Assembly: GCA_023700845.1 (NCBI GenBank)
Contig: JAMPYD010000003.1
Location: 1 to 38,171, forward strand
Direction of reading: 5' to 3'
Source of the DNA: Elusimicrobiota bacterium
GTDB taxonomy: Bacteria; Elusimicrobiota; Elusimicrobia; UBA1565; UBA9628
Length of the DNA: 38,171 nucleotides
The notes under the pieces were generated by a model, which had not been told where the DNA came from, ran no database searches, and saw only the letters and a list, made by a program, of their open reading frames with translations. This document shows, in pieces, positions 1 to 9,692 of the stretch. The position numbers and the translations under genes are program-made. Position 1 is the first letter of the stretch. The number at the start of each line of letters is the position of its first letter.

Positions 1-186
1 CAGGAGATCGGCGCCGACTTCATGCTCAGCGGCGCGCTGAACCAGATCGTGGACCAGGAAGGCGGCAAGGCGGTGGTCTTCTATCAGACGAACCTCAAGA
101 TGCTCGACCTCAAGACGAACCGCATCGTCTGGAACGGCCAGAAGAAGCTCAAGAAGTTCGTCAAGCGTTCCAAGGCCGGCTGGTAG
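1..186 (+). CDS. lpoB: 3' end of LpoB-family (penicillin-binding protein activator-like) lipoprotein, partial
   Basis: Frame 1 reads QEIGADFMLSGALNQIVDQEGGKAVVFYQTNLKMLDLKTNRIVWNGQKKLKKFVKRSKAGW*. The GADFML.G...Y...L.M.DL.T..IVW pattern is typical of LpoB C-termini, and COG3014 is the usual neighbour. Not in the ORF track. Confidence 0.75.
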   Translation, partial: QEIGADFMLSGALNQIVDQEGGKAVVFYQTNLKMLDLKTNRIVWNGQKKLKKFVKRSKAGW

Positions 187-194
187 GCTGAGCG

Positions 195-1544
195 ATGGGC
201 GTTGACCGGCCCCGCCTTTCTCCCAAGAGAGGCGGGGCCGTCCTTTTTCTGCCGCTGCTGGCGCTGCTCGCGGCGTGCGGCGGCCCGTCCGGCTCGATGC
301 GCAAGGACGTCAACGGCCTGATCGCCGCCCGGAACTACGACGGGGCTCTGGCCCGCGTCGAGAAGGCCAAGGAAGGCTCCTACGGGAAGAAGAACCAGGT
401 CCTCTATTACCTGGACCTCGGCGCGGTCCAGCACGACGCGGGCCGGTTCAAGGACAGCGACGAGAGCCTCGACAAGGCCGAACGGCGCATGGAGGAGCTC
501 TACACGAAGAGCGTGACCAAGGCCGCCGGGACCTTGCTCCTCAACGACAACACGACCGAGTACGCGGGCGAGCGCTTCGAGCGCGCGATGGTCAACGCCT
601 ACCGCGCGCTCAATTACGTGTTTCTCTCCGATCTGGAGAACGCACTCGTCGAGGTGCGCAAGCTCTCCCGCCTCCTGCAGGAGTACGCGGACACATTGCA
701 GGGCAAGAAGACGGCGTACAAGGAAGACGCCTTCGCCCAGTTCCTCGCCAGCCTGCTGTACGAGGACGACGGGCGCGCCGACGACGCGCGCATCGCCCGG
801 GAGAAGTCCCGGGCCGCCTACAAGCTCTACGCCTCCGCCTACGGCCTGCCCTCCCCCTCCCTGGAGCCCGTGGGCGCCAAGAACGGCGGGGAGCTCGTGT
901 TCCTCCATTATAACGGCGTCGCCCCCCGCAAGGTCAGCAAGTCCTTCTCCGTGGCCTGGAAGGACGCGGCGGTCGCCCTCGACGCCTCGCAGGACGACGA
1001 GGCCGAGGCCGCCAGGGCCAAGAACGCCATCCGCGGGGGCTTGCTCGGCAAGTCCATCACGGTCTCCTACCCTGATTACGTCCAGGACCCGTTCCAGATC
1101 GCGGGCTCGGCCGTCGAGGCGGCCGGCGTGACGGCCCCGACGGAGCTCGCCCAGGACCTCGCGGCGATCGCGCGCAAGGACCTGGCCGAGCGGCAGGCCG
1201 TCATCCGCACGCGCGCCATCGCGCGAGCGACGGTCAAGTTCGTCCTGGCCAAGGCCGTCTCCGACGAGGTCTCCAAGAAGTACGGCAAGAACTCCTGGCA
1301 GCACCTCCTCGCCCAGGCCGGCGGGGCCGCCACGTCGGCCGCCACCGAGGGCGCCGACACCCGCGCCTGGGCCACCTTGCCCGCGCAGTTCCGCGTCGCC
1401 CGCCTGCGCCTGCCCCCCGGCACCCACGACGTCGTCGTGAGGTACGTGGGCGCGTCGGGCGCCGAGCTTTCGAGCCGCACCTTCGAAGACGTCGTCATCC
1501 GCAAAGGACGGCGAACCTACCTCCACGACAGGACCGCTCTATGA
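195..1544 (+). CDS. COG3014-family TPR-like lipoprotein
   Basis: Lipobox LLAAC, Y.GE.FE.AMVN.Y.ALNY and ADTRAW.TLP motifs; follows lpoB. Confidence 0.75.
   Translation: MGVDRPRLSPKRGGAVLFLPLLALLAACGGPSGSMRKDVNGLIAARNYDGALARVEKAKEGSYGKKNQVLYYLDLGAVQHDAGRFKDSDESLDKAERRMEELYTKSVTKAAGTLLLNDNTTEYAGERFERAMVNAYRALNYVFLSDLENALVEVRKLSRLLQEYADTLQGKKTAYKEDAFAQFLASLLYEDDGRADDARIAREKSRAAYKLYASAYGLPSPSLEPVGAKNGGELVFLHYNGVAPRKVSKSFSVAWKDAAVALDASQDDEAEAARAKNAIRGGLLGKSITVSYPDYVQDPFQIAGSAVEAAGVTAPTELAQDLAAIARKDLAERQAVIRTRAIARATVKFVLAKAVSDEVSKKYGKNSWQHLLAQAGGAATSAATEGADTRAWATLPAQFRVARLRLPPGTHDVVVRYVGASGAELSSRTFEDVVIRKGRRTYLHDRTAL
207..250 (+). terminator. Intrinsic-terminator-like hairpin inside the 5' end of the COG3014 gene
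   Basis: 15-bp stem CGGCCCCGCCTTTCT / AGAGAGGCGGGGCCG (one G-U pair), 4-nt loop, followed by TCCTTTTTCT. Confidence 0.55.
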
Positions 1545-2584
1545 AAAACATGATGCTCGTCGTCCTCGCCGCCGCCGTGCCCCTGCTGTCCGCGTGCGGA
1601 GGCGGCGCCGCCCGCAAGTCCTCCTCCGGCGGGCCGCGGCCCGCCTGGGTGGAGGCCGAGAGCCCGAAGTGGACGCGCGCCCAGAACGTGCTCGGCGTCG
1701 GCAGCGGCGACGACGAGGAGTCCGCCGCCGACCGCGCCCGCGGCGAGATCTCGCGCGTGTTCTCGAGCGCCGTCACCGTGGACACCTCCGTCGACGAGAC
1801 CGAGACCAACCTGACGCAGGGCGGGGCGACGAACTCCTCCTTCTCCCAGGTCGTGGCGCAGAACGTCAAGACCGCGTCGAAGAAGATGCTGGAAGGCGTG
1901 GAGGTCGTCGAGCGCTGGAAGGACGGCGCGACGAACCGCTACTACGCGCTCGCGGTCCTGAACAAGGGCAAGGCCATGGCCGCCGTCGCCGAGCGGACCT
2001 CCGCGCTCGACGCGGACGCGTCCCTCTGGAAGGGGCGCCTCGACGCGTCCACCGACCGCTTCGAACGCGCCAAGGCCGGAGCGAAACTCGCCGCCTTGCT
2101 CAAGGGCCGCCTCGACCTCGAGAACGACCGCCGCGTGCTGGGCGGCGGCGCGCTCGCGTCCACGGTCGAGGTCTCCGCCGCGAAGGCCGCGGCGGCCCGC
2201 GCCCTCGAGGCGCTCGACGTCGTCGTCATCGCGACGGGCGAGCACTCGGAGGAGCTCGAAACGGGGATCGTCTCCGGCCTCGCCGCCTCGGGGCTCACGG
2301 CCAAGCGAGGCGACTCAGGCGCCGCCGGGGATCTCATCGTCGAGTCCGTCTCGGGGGCCCAGGCCGTCGAGGGCGGCGACGCCCGGTGGAAATGGTCCCG
2401 CGGGTCGGCGACGATCACCCTCAAGGACGGCCGCGCGGGCAAGTCCTTCGCCCGCTTCGAGGTGAGCGAGCGCCAGGCCTCCGCCGACGCCGGAGAGGCC
2501 CGCCGCCGCGCCGCCGCCGGCCTGGCCAAGAAGGCCGCCGAGCAGACCGCCGCGGCCATCGCCGCCTTCTTCGAGAACCAGTAG
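1541..2584 (+). CDS. LPP20-family lipoprotein
   Basis: Lipobox LLSAC, RPAWV...GVG....A...AR.EIS pattern; ATGA overlap with the upstream gene. Confidence 0.7.
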   Translation: MKNMMLVVLAAAVPLLSACGGGAARKSSSGGPRPAWVEAESPKWTRAQNVLGVGSGDDEESAADRARGEISRVFSSAVTVDTSVDETETNLTQGGATNSSFSQVVAQNVKTASKKMLEGVEVVERWKDGATNRYYALAVLNKGKAMAAVAERTSALDADASLWKGRLDASTDRFERAKAGAKLAALLKGRLDLENDRRVLGGGALASTVEVSAAKAAAARALEALDVVVIATGEHSEELETGIVSGLAASGLTAKRGDSGAAGDLIVESVSGAQAVEGGDARWKWSRGSATITLKDGRAGKSFARFEVSERQASADAGEARRRAAAGLAKKAAEQTAAAIAAFFENQ

Positions 2585-2590
2585 CCCCGG

Positions 2591-5350
2591 CTAGCGCCGG
2601 AGGAGGCCTTCGATCAGGTTCTTGCCGGCGTTCTCGAGGAGCTTGCCGACCTTGACCTTGGTCTTGGGGGTCGTCACGGTGCCGGTCACCGCCACGTCGA
2701 CGGCGGGCAGGTTGCCGACCTGGGCGGTCACGGTGAGGTCCAGCGCCTCGGCGGGCAGGTCGATGGTGCCGAGCGCGGAGAGCTGGGCGGCGGTCGAGTC
2801 CATCTCCGACTGGCGAAGGGTCATCACCCCGTCCTTGAAGAGATAGTCGCCGGAGATGCGGCGGACGGTGATGTCGTTGAGGTTCACGCCGAGGCTGAGC
2901 TTCTGGAAGATCAGGATCGGGAAGATCAGGACCTTCACGACCGGCGACTGCAGGGCCATGTCGCCTACGGCGTGGAGCTTCCCCTCGCCGGTGCCGATCT
3001 TGGCGTCGCCGCTGAGCTTCTTCATGTCGGGCGTCACGCCGTAGAGCTCCCAGGACGCCGTGACCGCCTGGAGCCGGGCGTTCGGGTGGAGCAGCGCGCC
3101 GATCTCCACCTTGCCGCGCGTGCGGATCGGAGTCGCGGGCTCGGCCGCGGCGGGCTTGCCGGCCGTCGCGGCCTGGGCGGTCTTCGCGTCGGCCTCGAGC
3201 TTCTTCTTGGCGGCGAGGTAGCGGCCCAGGTCGAAGCGGTCGAGCGAGGCCTCGACCTGGATCTCCGGGACCTTGGCGTAGTCCTTGACCGTCAGGTCCA
3301 TCGTCAAGGTCCCGTCGGCGACCTTGCCCTTGAGGTTCGGCACGTCGATGCGCCGCTCGTCGAAGGAGGCGGTGCCGGTGAAGTCCGCGAGCGCGAGGTC
3401 CGCGACGGTGGCGCCGAGGCCGTTGAACTGCAGCTTGCCGCCGAACAGGGGTTTCTCCTTGGTCCCGGTGACCGACAGCGCGAAGAAGCCCGAGCCCGCC
3501 AGCTTCAGGTCTCGGGTCCGCGGCGTCAGGCGCGTCAGCTCCTCGAGGACGAAGCGGCGGCATTTGACCAGCAGGTCGAAGGCGCCGCGCCCGGTGGGGT
3601 CGGAGACGCCGCCTTCGACGGAGAGCTCGTTGCTCGCGATCTTCACGGCGAAGCGCCGCAGGCGGATGGCGCGCGGGGTGTAGGAGAGGTCCGCGTCCCA
3701 GCGCGAGGGCGGCAGCTCGAGGCCCGGCGGCACGCCGGGGAAGGGAAGGTCCTTGTCGGTCAGCGCCGGGAGGTCGAGGTCGGCGACGACCTCGAGCGCC
3801 GGCTCGGGCGTCCCCGCCAGGGCCTTGGCGACGACGCCGTCGAGGCGCAAGGTCCCGCTCCTGCCCTTGATCACGGCCTTCTCGAAGACGAGGTCGTCGC
3901 CTTTCACGCGCGCGCCGCCGTCGAGGCGCACCGCGGGCACGACGAAGCCCGGCGGCAGCGCGGTCACGGCGACGGGCAGCTCGGAGATCTTGAAGGCGGG
4001 CACGTCCACGGCGAATCGCAGGGCCAGGTCCGGGACGAGCTTGGCCCCGCCCAGCCCGCGCACGACGCCGGAGGCCGACGCCGTCCCTTGCTTGAACTTC
4101 GCCTCGAGGGCCGCGAGCTTCACCTCGCCGCCGGAGCTCGAGGCCTCGCCGTCGAGGCGCATGGCGGGGATGTAGGCCTTGGGCGGGAGCTTGAGCCAGG
4201 GATAGCTGCCGGCGCGGATCTCGGGCACGTCGACGCCGAACTTGGCGCGTCCCTCATAGACCGGAGCCGGCCCGCCGAGGCCCCGGGCGGAGCCGGAGCC
4301 CGAGATCGTCCCCTCGGCCCAGCTGACGCGGAAGGCCTTGAGCGAGGCGGTGGTCCCGTCATAACGCCCCTCGAGCGAGGCGCTCCCGGCGGGGATGCTC
4401 ACGGCCGGGACGCCGGCCGACGGCAGCCACTTCGCGAGCAAGACCGTGTCGAGCCCGGACGTCTTGAGCTCGAGGTCCGCGCCGATGACGGAGGGCGAGG
4501 AGACGGCGATCCGCCCTTTCGCGTCGAGCACAGTCTTCCCCGCCGCGGTCAACGTCGCGTCGAGCTCGGCGACGGGGGCCTCGAGGCCGGAGATCTTGCC
4601 CTTCGCGGTGAAAGCGAGCCCGTCCTGGGCGGCGCTGAGGCGGCGGACGTCCACCTTGAACTTCGCCCGGTCGCCGCGCGCGGGGTGGATGGTGCCCTCG
4701 AAGGCCAGCGCGGCGTCGATGGGCCGCTCGCCCGCCTTGCCTTTGACGCGCGCCGACGCCTCGAGGTCGAAGGGCTCGGCGAGGCTGAAGTCGTCGAGGC
4801 GCAACGTCAGACCGGAGGCCGACCAGACCGCGCCCGAGGCCTTGTCGACATAAGCTGCCGCCCCCCGGGCAACGCGCAGGTGCCGCACGTTGAACTCGGC
4901 CGGGGCTTCCTCGGATGGTTTCTCGGCGGGCGCCGCGGCCGCGGGGGCGGAGGAAGCGAGGGTGTCGTAGTTGAAGGACCCGTCGGCGTTGCGCACTATG
5001 CTCAGCACCAGCCCGTCGGCCGAGGCGGAGGCGATCACGAGCTTGCGCCGCAGCAGGGCCTTCCAGCTCGGGCGCAGGCTGAACGTCTCGACGCTCACGA
5101 AGGTCCCCGCGGCGAAGTCCGGGAGCTCGGAGACCTCGAGGCCCTGCAGGTGCAGGCCCGTCAGGCCGGCGTCGATGCGCGCCAGGCGCACCTCGCGGCC
5201 GAGCTGCTTGCGGGCCTTCTCCAGCACGAAGGCACGGGCCTTCGGCTCCGGGAAGAAGGCCTTGAGCGCGAGCACCGCCGCTCCCGCCGCGAGGACGGCG
5301 AGCAGAGCGAGCGAGACCGAGACCTTGAGCCAGAGCCGGGCGCGTGCCAT
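2591..5350 (-). CDS. AsmA-family (repeating beta-groove) protein
   Basis: N-terminal TM anchor, LSIVRNADGSFNY motif, C-terminal G.IDL...LDL.......V.V.GT...P; 919 aa. Confidence 0.8.
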   Translation of the reverse strand: MARARLWLKVSVSLALLAVLAAGAAVLALKAFFPEPKARAFVLEKARKQLGREVRLARIDAGLTGLHLQGLEVSELPDFAAGTFVSVETFSLRPSWKALLRRKLVIASASADGLVLSIVRNADGSFNYDTLASSAPAAAAPAEKPSEEAPAEFNVRHLRVARGAAAYVDKASGAVWSASGLTLRLDDFSLAEPFDLEASARVKGKAGERPIDAALAFEGTIHPARGDRAKFKVDVRRLSAAQDGLAFTAKGKISGLEAPVAELDATLTAAGKTVLDAKGRIAVSSPSVIGADLELKTSGLDTVLLAKWLPSAGVPAVSIPAGSASLEGRYDGTTASLKAFRVSWAEGTISGSGSARGLGGPAPVYEGRAKFGVDVPEIRAGSYPWLKLPPKAYIPAMRLDGEASSSGGEVKLAALEAKFKQGTASASGVVRGLGGAKLVPDLALRFAVDVPAFKISELPVAVTALPPGFVVPAVRLDGGARVKGDDLVFEKAVIKGRSGTLRLDGVVAKALAGTPEPALEVVADLDLPALTDKDLPFPGVPPGLELPPSRWDADLSYTPRAIRLRRFAVKIASNELSVEGGVSDPTGRGAFDLLVKCRRFVLEELTRLTPRTRDLKLAGSGFFALSVTGTKEKPLFGGKLQFNGLGATVADLALADFTGTASFDERRIDVPNLKGKVADGTLTMDLTVKDYAKVPEIQVEASLDRFDLGRYLAAKKKLEADAKTAQAATAGKPAAAEPATPIRTRGKVEIGALLHPNARLQAVTASWELYGVTPDMKKLSGDAKIGTGEGKLHAVGDMALQSPVVKVLIFPILIFQKLSLGVNLNDITVRRISGDYLFKDGVMTLRQSEMDSTAAQLSALGTIDLPAEALDLTVTAQVGNLPAVDVAVTGTVTTPKTKVKVGKLLENAGKNLIEGLLRR

Positions 5351-5356
5351 GCGGCG

Positions 5357-5365
5357 ATTTTATCA
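5357..5365 (-). promoter_or_regulatory. Extended -10 (TGA-TAAAAT) 6 nt before the AsmA-family ATG; leaderless
   Basis: Minus strand reads TGATAAAAT-cgccgc-ATG; no Shine-Dalgarno. Confidence 0.6.
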
Positions 5366-5414
5366 CACTTCTCCGTTGCCGCTATGCAATGAAGAGGAAC
5401 CGCCGCCAGGCGGG

Positions 5415-5439
5415 CATGTTTATCTTGAGATAAACGTGC
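5415..5439. repeat. AT-rich palindrome, copy 1 (GTTTATCTTGAGATAAAC core)
   Basis: Near-perfect 18-bp palindrome at 5418-5435; 23 of 25 nt identical to 27394-27418. Confidence 0.8.
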
Positions 5440-5460
5440 GGCCGAGGCTTATCCGTCGCC

Positions 5461-5489
5461 TTGACAAGGCGTCCCAGGGGGGCCATAAT
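5461..5489 (+). promoter_or_regulatory. sigma70-type promoter TTGACA-17-CATAAT, 6 nt before ATG 5496; leaderless
   Basis: Near-consensus hexamers with a 17-bp spacer. Confidence 0.75.
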
Positions 5490-5495
5490 CGCTTC

Positions 5496-7229
5496 ATGCG
5501 CCACCTCCTCGTCGCCGCCATCCTGGCCGCCGCTCTGCCCTCCGTCGCGGCAGAATCCTCCTCCTTCTCCTCCTTGCTCAAGCGCGTCTCCTCTTATCTT
5601 GGCGCGCCAGCGGTCCGCGACGCGCGCCGCCATGCCGCGGTCGCGGCCGTGCGCGGCGGCATCCCGACCGACCAGGGCGAGGACCTCGACCTGCTCCTGC
5701 TCGACCGCGCGGGCGCCCTGCGCGCGGCGCTGCGCCGTCCCGACGCGTCGGCCGCCGACGAGGCCGCCCTGCGTCCGGTCTACGACGGTCTGGCCGCCTC
5801 GCAGTACGTGCAGGCGCTCTCCATCGTCGGCGCCCCCGAGGTCCGCGGCGAGGCCGCCGCCGCCCTCGAGGCCTGGACGAAGGAGCCGCGCACGCCCGCC
5901 CCGGCCCCCGCCGTGCTGACTTTCCTCGCCGGCCCCGCCGCGCGCATCGACGACCAGGAGCTCGTGAGGGCCGGCTGGGGCGCCTACGCCCGCCGCCTGG
6001 CCGCCTCCTCCTCCCCCGCCCGCTCCGCCGCCCCCGGCTGGACCTCCGGCGCGGACGCCGCCAAGCTCGACGAGACCCTCAAGGGCCTCTCCGACTCCTG
6101 GCTGCAGAAGAAATTGACTCCTGAGGCGGAAGCCAAGGCCCATCTCCTCGCCGGCTATGTCTACGCGGCGTTGGCGAAGGCCGATTTGAAAGGCCGCGCC
6201 CCCGCCTCCGCCGCCCCCGCCGTCCTCGCCAAGGACGACGCCGCCCCGGCCGCGCCCGAGGCCGCCGTCGCCTTCGAGCCCAAGGCCGTCTATCAGAAAG
6301 CGGCGAAGTCCGTCGTCCTCATCCTCTGCTCCGCCTCGGGCGGCTCCGGCGAGCTCGGCACCGGCTCCGTCGTCGACGCCGCGCGCCGCCGCATCCTGAC
6401 CAACGCCCACGTCGTCATCGCCGACTCCACGCGCAAGCCCTGGGAGCGCGTCAACGTCTACTTCAAGCCCGCCAAGCTCACGGGCAGCGCCCAGCGCGAC
6501 CTCGTCGAGCCCGTCTCCGCCAAGGTCCTCGCCTGGGACTCCGGCCTCGACCTCGCCTTGCTCGAGGTCGAGCGCCTTCCCGCGGGCACGCCGGCCATCG
6601 CCTTCGGCCATCCCGACACCGTCTCCGTCGGCGACCGCGTCGCCGCCATCGGCCATCCCGAGCAGGGCGGCCTGTGGACGCTCACGACGGGCGTCATCAG
6701 CACCGTCCAGGCCGACCTCGGCGGGGTCAAGGGCAAGGACGCCTACCAGACCGACGCCTCCATCAACCGCGGCAACTCCGGCGGCCCCCTGCTCGACGCC
6801 TCCGCCCGCCTCGTCGGCGTCAATACCCTCATGTCGCGCAAGGCCGCCGACGGGCTGGCGATCACCTCGGTCAACTTCGCGGTCAAGTCCGACATCGCCA
6901 AGCGCTGGCTCGCCGCCCAAGGCGCGGCGCTGGCCTACGGCGGCGCCTCCGCCCCGGTCCTCACCGCGAGCGTCCCCGCTCCCGTCGCCGCCCCTCCGGC
7001 CGCCGGGCTCAAGCTCGTCGCGGCCGCGCCCTCGGTGTCCGGGACGCTCTCCGCCTCGCCCGCCCCCGCGCCGCGCGTCCTCACCGTCGCCAAGCCGGCC
7101 GCGCCGCGCGTCATGATCACCGAGAGCAAGCCGTTCAAGACCGCGAGCCTCATCGAGGCCGAGATCTCTAAAATGGAAGACCTCGGCGACGAGATGCGCG
7201 ACGAGATCAGGAGCAAGCTCAAACGATGA
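5496..7229 (+). CDS. Secreted trypsin-like (S1C/HtrA-type, no PDZ) serine protease with uncharacterised N-terminal domain
   Basis: Signal peptide from [10 protein letters not shown]; triad motifs LTNAHV, DLALL, GNSGGP. Start moved from 4971 to 5496 because of the promoter and the overlap with the AsmA gene. Confidence 0.85.
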   Translation: MRHLLVAAILAAALPSVAAESSSFSSLLKRVSSYLGAPAVRDARRHAAVAAVRGGIPTDQGEDLDLLLLDRAGALRAALRRPDASAADEAALRPVYDGLAASQYVQALSIVGAPEVRGEAAAALEAWTKEPRTPAPAPAVLTFLAGPAARIDDQELVRAGWGAYARRLAASSSPARSAAPGWTSGADAAKLDETLKGLSDSWLQKKLTPEAEAKAHLLAGYVYAALAKADLKGRAPASAAPAVLAKDDAAPAAPEAAVAFEPKAVYQKAAKSVVLILCSASGGSGELGTGSVVDAARRRILTNAHVVIADSTRKPWERVNVYFKPAKLTGSAQRDLVEPVSAKVLAWDSGLDLALLEVERLPAGTPAIAFGHPDTVSVGDRVAAIGHPEQGGLWTLTTGVISTVQADLGGVKGKDAYQTDASINRGNSGGPLLDASARLVGVNTLMSRKAADGLAITSVNFAVKSDIAKRWLAAQGAALAYGGASAPVLTASVPAPVAAPPAAGLKLVAAAPSVSGTLSASPAPAPRVLTVAKPAAPRVMITESKPFKTASLIEAEISKMEDLGDEMRDEIRSKLKR

Positions 7230-8503
7230 ACATCTCCCCCGTCCTCCTCGCCCTCCTCCTCGCCGTCCCCGCCTCCGCCCAGCCTCGCAAGAACGTGCTC
7301 GAGACCTTGAGCGAGGCCCTCGACTCCGACAAGGGCTACGAGCCCGCCGAGCGCGCCGCCCTCATGTCCGCCATCAAGGACCGCTTCGCCGACTACGGCG
7401 TGCAGGTCGTCAACCCTCAGCGCGCGAAGGCCATCCCCGTCGTCCTCCACATCCTCACCGAGGGCTCCTTCGACCAGGCTCCCCCCGAGCGCGTCGCCGA
7501 CGTCGCCTTCGCCGCCTATCAGGCCATGTCGCGCGGCGCCGATCCCGAGGTCGTGGAGGGCGTCGCCCTGTACGGCTACCGCAAGAAGGTCTCCGCCGAC
7601 ACCCTCTCCACCTGGGCCAACGGCTACAAGCAGCTCGTCGACGGCAAGGTCCCCGGCGACGTCGCCGCCGACCTCGTGCGCGTCTCCATGGAAAAGAACC
7701 TTCCGGACTCGGACTTCAACACGTTAAAATGGTCGCTCGTCGACGGTGTTAAAAATGGTTTTGATCCAAAGGACTACGCCAGCTATCTGTTCGGCACCTT
7801 GCTGGAAGGAAAGAAAGGCCCCGGCCGCATCAGCGCCGACGCCAAGGCGGTCTTTTTGAAAGCCCGTCGAGCCAAGGCCAAGCCCGTCATCCCCGACTAC
7901 AAGGGCGTCTTCACCAAGGCGCTGCCCCCGCCCCCGGTCTACGTCCCCCCCGCGGTGAAGTCCGTGATCGCCGAGGTCCCCGTCGTCAAAGAGGTCCAGA
8001 AAAAGACCACCGACGCCCTGGGCCGCCTCGGCCTGGGCATCCCGCAGATGCCGCGCGTCACCGCCCCCAAGCCCGGCCGCCCCGCCCCGCCGCCCGCCGA
8101 GGAAGCTCCCGTCGCACTCTCCCCGGGCATCCAGAAGCTATGGCCCGGCCTCGACGCCTCCGCGCGTTCCTATCTGGGCACTCCCTACGTCTGGGGCGGC
8201 ACCACGCATCAGGGCATCGACTGCTCCGCCCTCACGCAGAACACCTTCGGCGAGAACCGGGTCAAGATCCCGCGCGTCAGCCGCGATCAGTGGAAGACGG
8301 GAGACAAGACCGAGACTCTCCGCGAGGGCGACCTCATCTTCTTCAACACCATGGGCGCCGGCGTCTCCCACGTGGGCATGGTCACCGACCCCAAGACCAA
8401 GAAGTTCATCCACGCCTCTTCCTCAAAAGGCGTGATGGTCGCCGACCTGAACAACAAGTGGTTCGGCCAGCGCTACCTAGGCGCGCGCCGCGTCGTTCCT
8501 TAG
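7226..8503 (+). CDS. Secreted NlpC/P60 (C40) peptidoglycan endopeptidase
   Basis: [25 protein letters not shown]; signal peptide; Pro-rich linker; ATGA coupling. Confidence 0.9.
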   Translation: MNISPVLLALLLAVPASAQPRKNVLETLSEALDSDKGYEPAERAALMSAIKDRFADYGVQVVNPQRAKAIPVVLHILTEGSFDQAPPERVADVAFAAYQAMSRGADPEVVEGVALYGYRKKVSADTLSTWANGYKQLVDGKVPGDVAADLVRVSMEKNLPDSDFNTLKWSLVDGVKNGFDPKDYASYLFGTLLEGKKGPGRISADAKAVFLKARRAKAKPVIPDYKGVFTKALPPPPVYVPPAVKSVIAEVPVVKEVQKKTTDALGRLGLGIPQMPRVTAPKPGRPAPPPAEEAPVALSPGIQKLWPGLDASARSYLGTPYVWGGTTHQGIDCSALTQNTFGENRVKIPRVSRDQWKTGDKTETLREGDLIFFNTMGAGVSHVGMVTDPKTKKFIHASSSKGVMVADLNNKWFGQRYLGARRVVP

Positions 8504-9682
8504 CGCGAACCGCAGGCACGGCCACGCGGCCAAGGTGCCCGCCGTGCCGACGAGGGACAGGATCACCATCGCGGCATACGCGCCGTGCGAGGCGCTGAGG
8601 CTCTCGTACAGGCGCCCGCCCAAAGTGTTCGACGCCGACGCGGCGATATTGAACACCGCCATGTACGCCGCGAACACCGTCGCCTCGGCCCCCTCGGGGC
8701 AGGACTTCGCCGCGAGATCCATCCACGCCAGGCGGAACACGACGCCCGTCAGGCTGAACAGCAACGTCAGGATCAGGATCGAGAGAGGTCCCCGGTAGAA
8801 CAGATACAGCAAGGTCAGGGGCGCGCCGAGCCAGATCGACGCCCGCGCCACCTTCTCCGTCCCCCCCGCCGTGAGCCGCCCGAACAGCGCCGCTCCCGCC
8901 AAGCCGGCGAAGCCCCCCGCCGTGGACAAGCCTCCGATGAAGATCGGCGACAGCTTGAGCGCCTCGCTCTGATAATAGAATTGCGCCGTTCCGAGGAAAG
9001 GGCAAAAGCTCCATAAAAAGATACCCAGCGCGACGGCCCATGCCTTCGGGTCCCGGAACATGCCGGTCAAGCCGCTCCAGCCCCGCGCGGCCGTCTCCTT
9101 CACGTCTCCGACGCCCGACTCGTCGAGCCATCGGGCCGACCACGCCGTCATCAACGGGAAAACAGCCGTCAGTATGAACACCCAGCGATAAGGCGCGTGC
9201 TGCGACAGCCAGCCTCCGCCGAACCCCGTCACGATCAAGGTCCCATACAAGGTCCCGATCGACACGGCCTGATAGATACCGGTCTTCCCTCGCTCCTTGC
9301 CGCGCTCCACCATGACGCCGTCGCACACGACGTCGGACAGCACGAAGCCGACATTCACCAGGATCAGGAGCGTGAGGGCGGCGAGGTAATTGGGCTCCTT
9401 GAGCCCGGCCAACAGCAGCCAGCCCACCGAGGTCAGCAGCGAGACGGCGATCAGGTGCGGCGCGCGCCTTTTCCCCGCCCACGGCAAAAAGTCGGTCAGC
9501 ACGCCGAACAGGGGCTTGATGGTGAGCGGCAAGGTCATCCATGCGACGAACAGCGCGGCCTGGCCGGAACCGAGCTGGAGGGCATCCTTCAGGTAATACG
9601 ACACCGGCTCGTAGGCGAGCCCGCCCATGCCCTGGGCGAAATAGTTCACCGCGAAGAACAGGTAGATCTTGTCGCGCTTCAC
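8477..9682 (-). CDS. MFS transporter, folate-biopterin transporter (BT1)-like
   Basis: YFAQG, LP.TIKPLFG.LTD..P..G.RR.P, SDVVCDG.MVE, CPEG.EATVFA motifs; about 12 TM; GTG start with GAGG. Confidence 0.8.
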   Translation of the reverse strand: MKRDKIYLFFAVNYFAQGMGGLAYEPVSYYLKDALQLGSGQAALFVAWMTLPLTIKPLFGVLTDFLPWAGKRRAPHLIAVSLLTSVGWLLLAGLKEPNYLAALTLLILVNVGFVLSDVVCDGVMVERGKERGKTGIYQAVSIGTLYGTLIVTGFGGGWLSQHAPYRWVFILTAVFPLMTAWSARWLDESGVGDVKETAARGWSGLTGMFRDPKAWAVALGIFLWSFCPFLGTAQFYYQSEALKLSPIFIGGLSTAGGFAGLAGAALFGRLTAGGTEKVARASIWLGAPLTLLYLFYRGPLSILILTLLFSLTGVVFRLAWMDLAAKSCPEGAEATVFAAYMAVFNIAASASNTLGGRLYESLSASHGAYAAMVILSLVGTAGTLAAWPCLRFALRNDAARA

Positions 9683-9692
9683 GCGGTCAACC

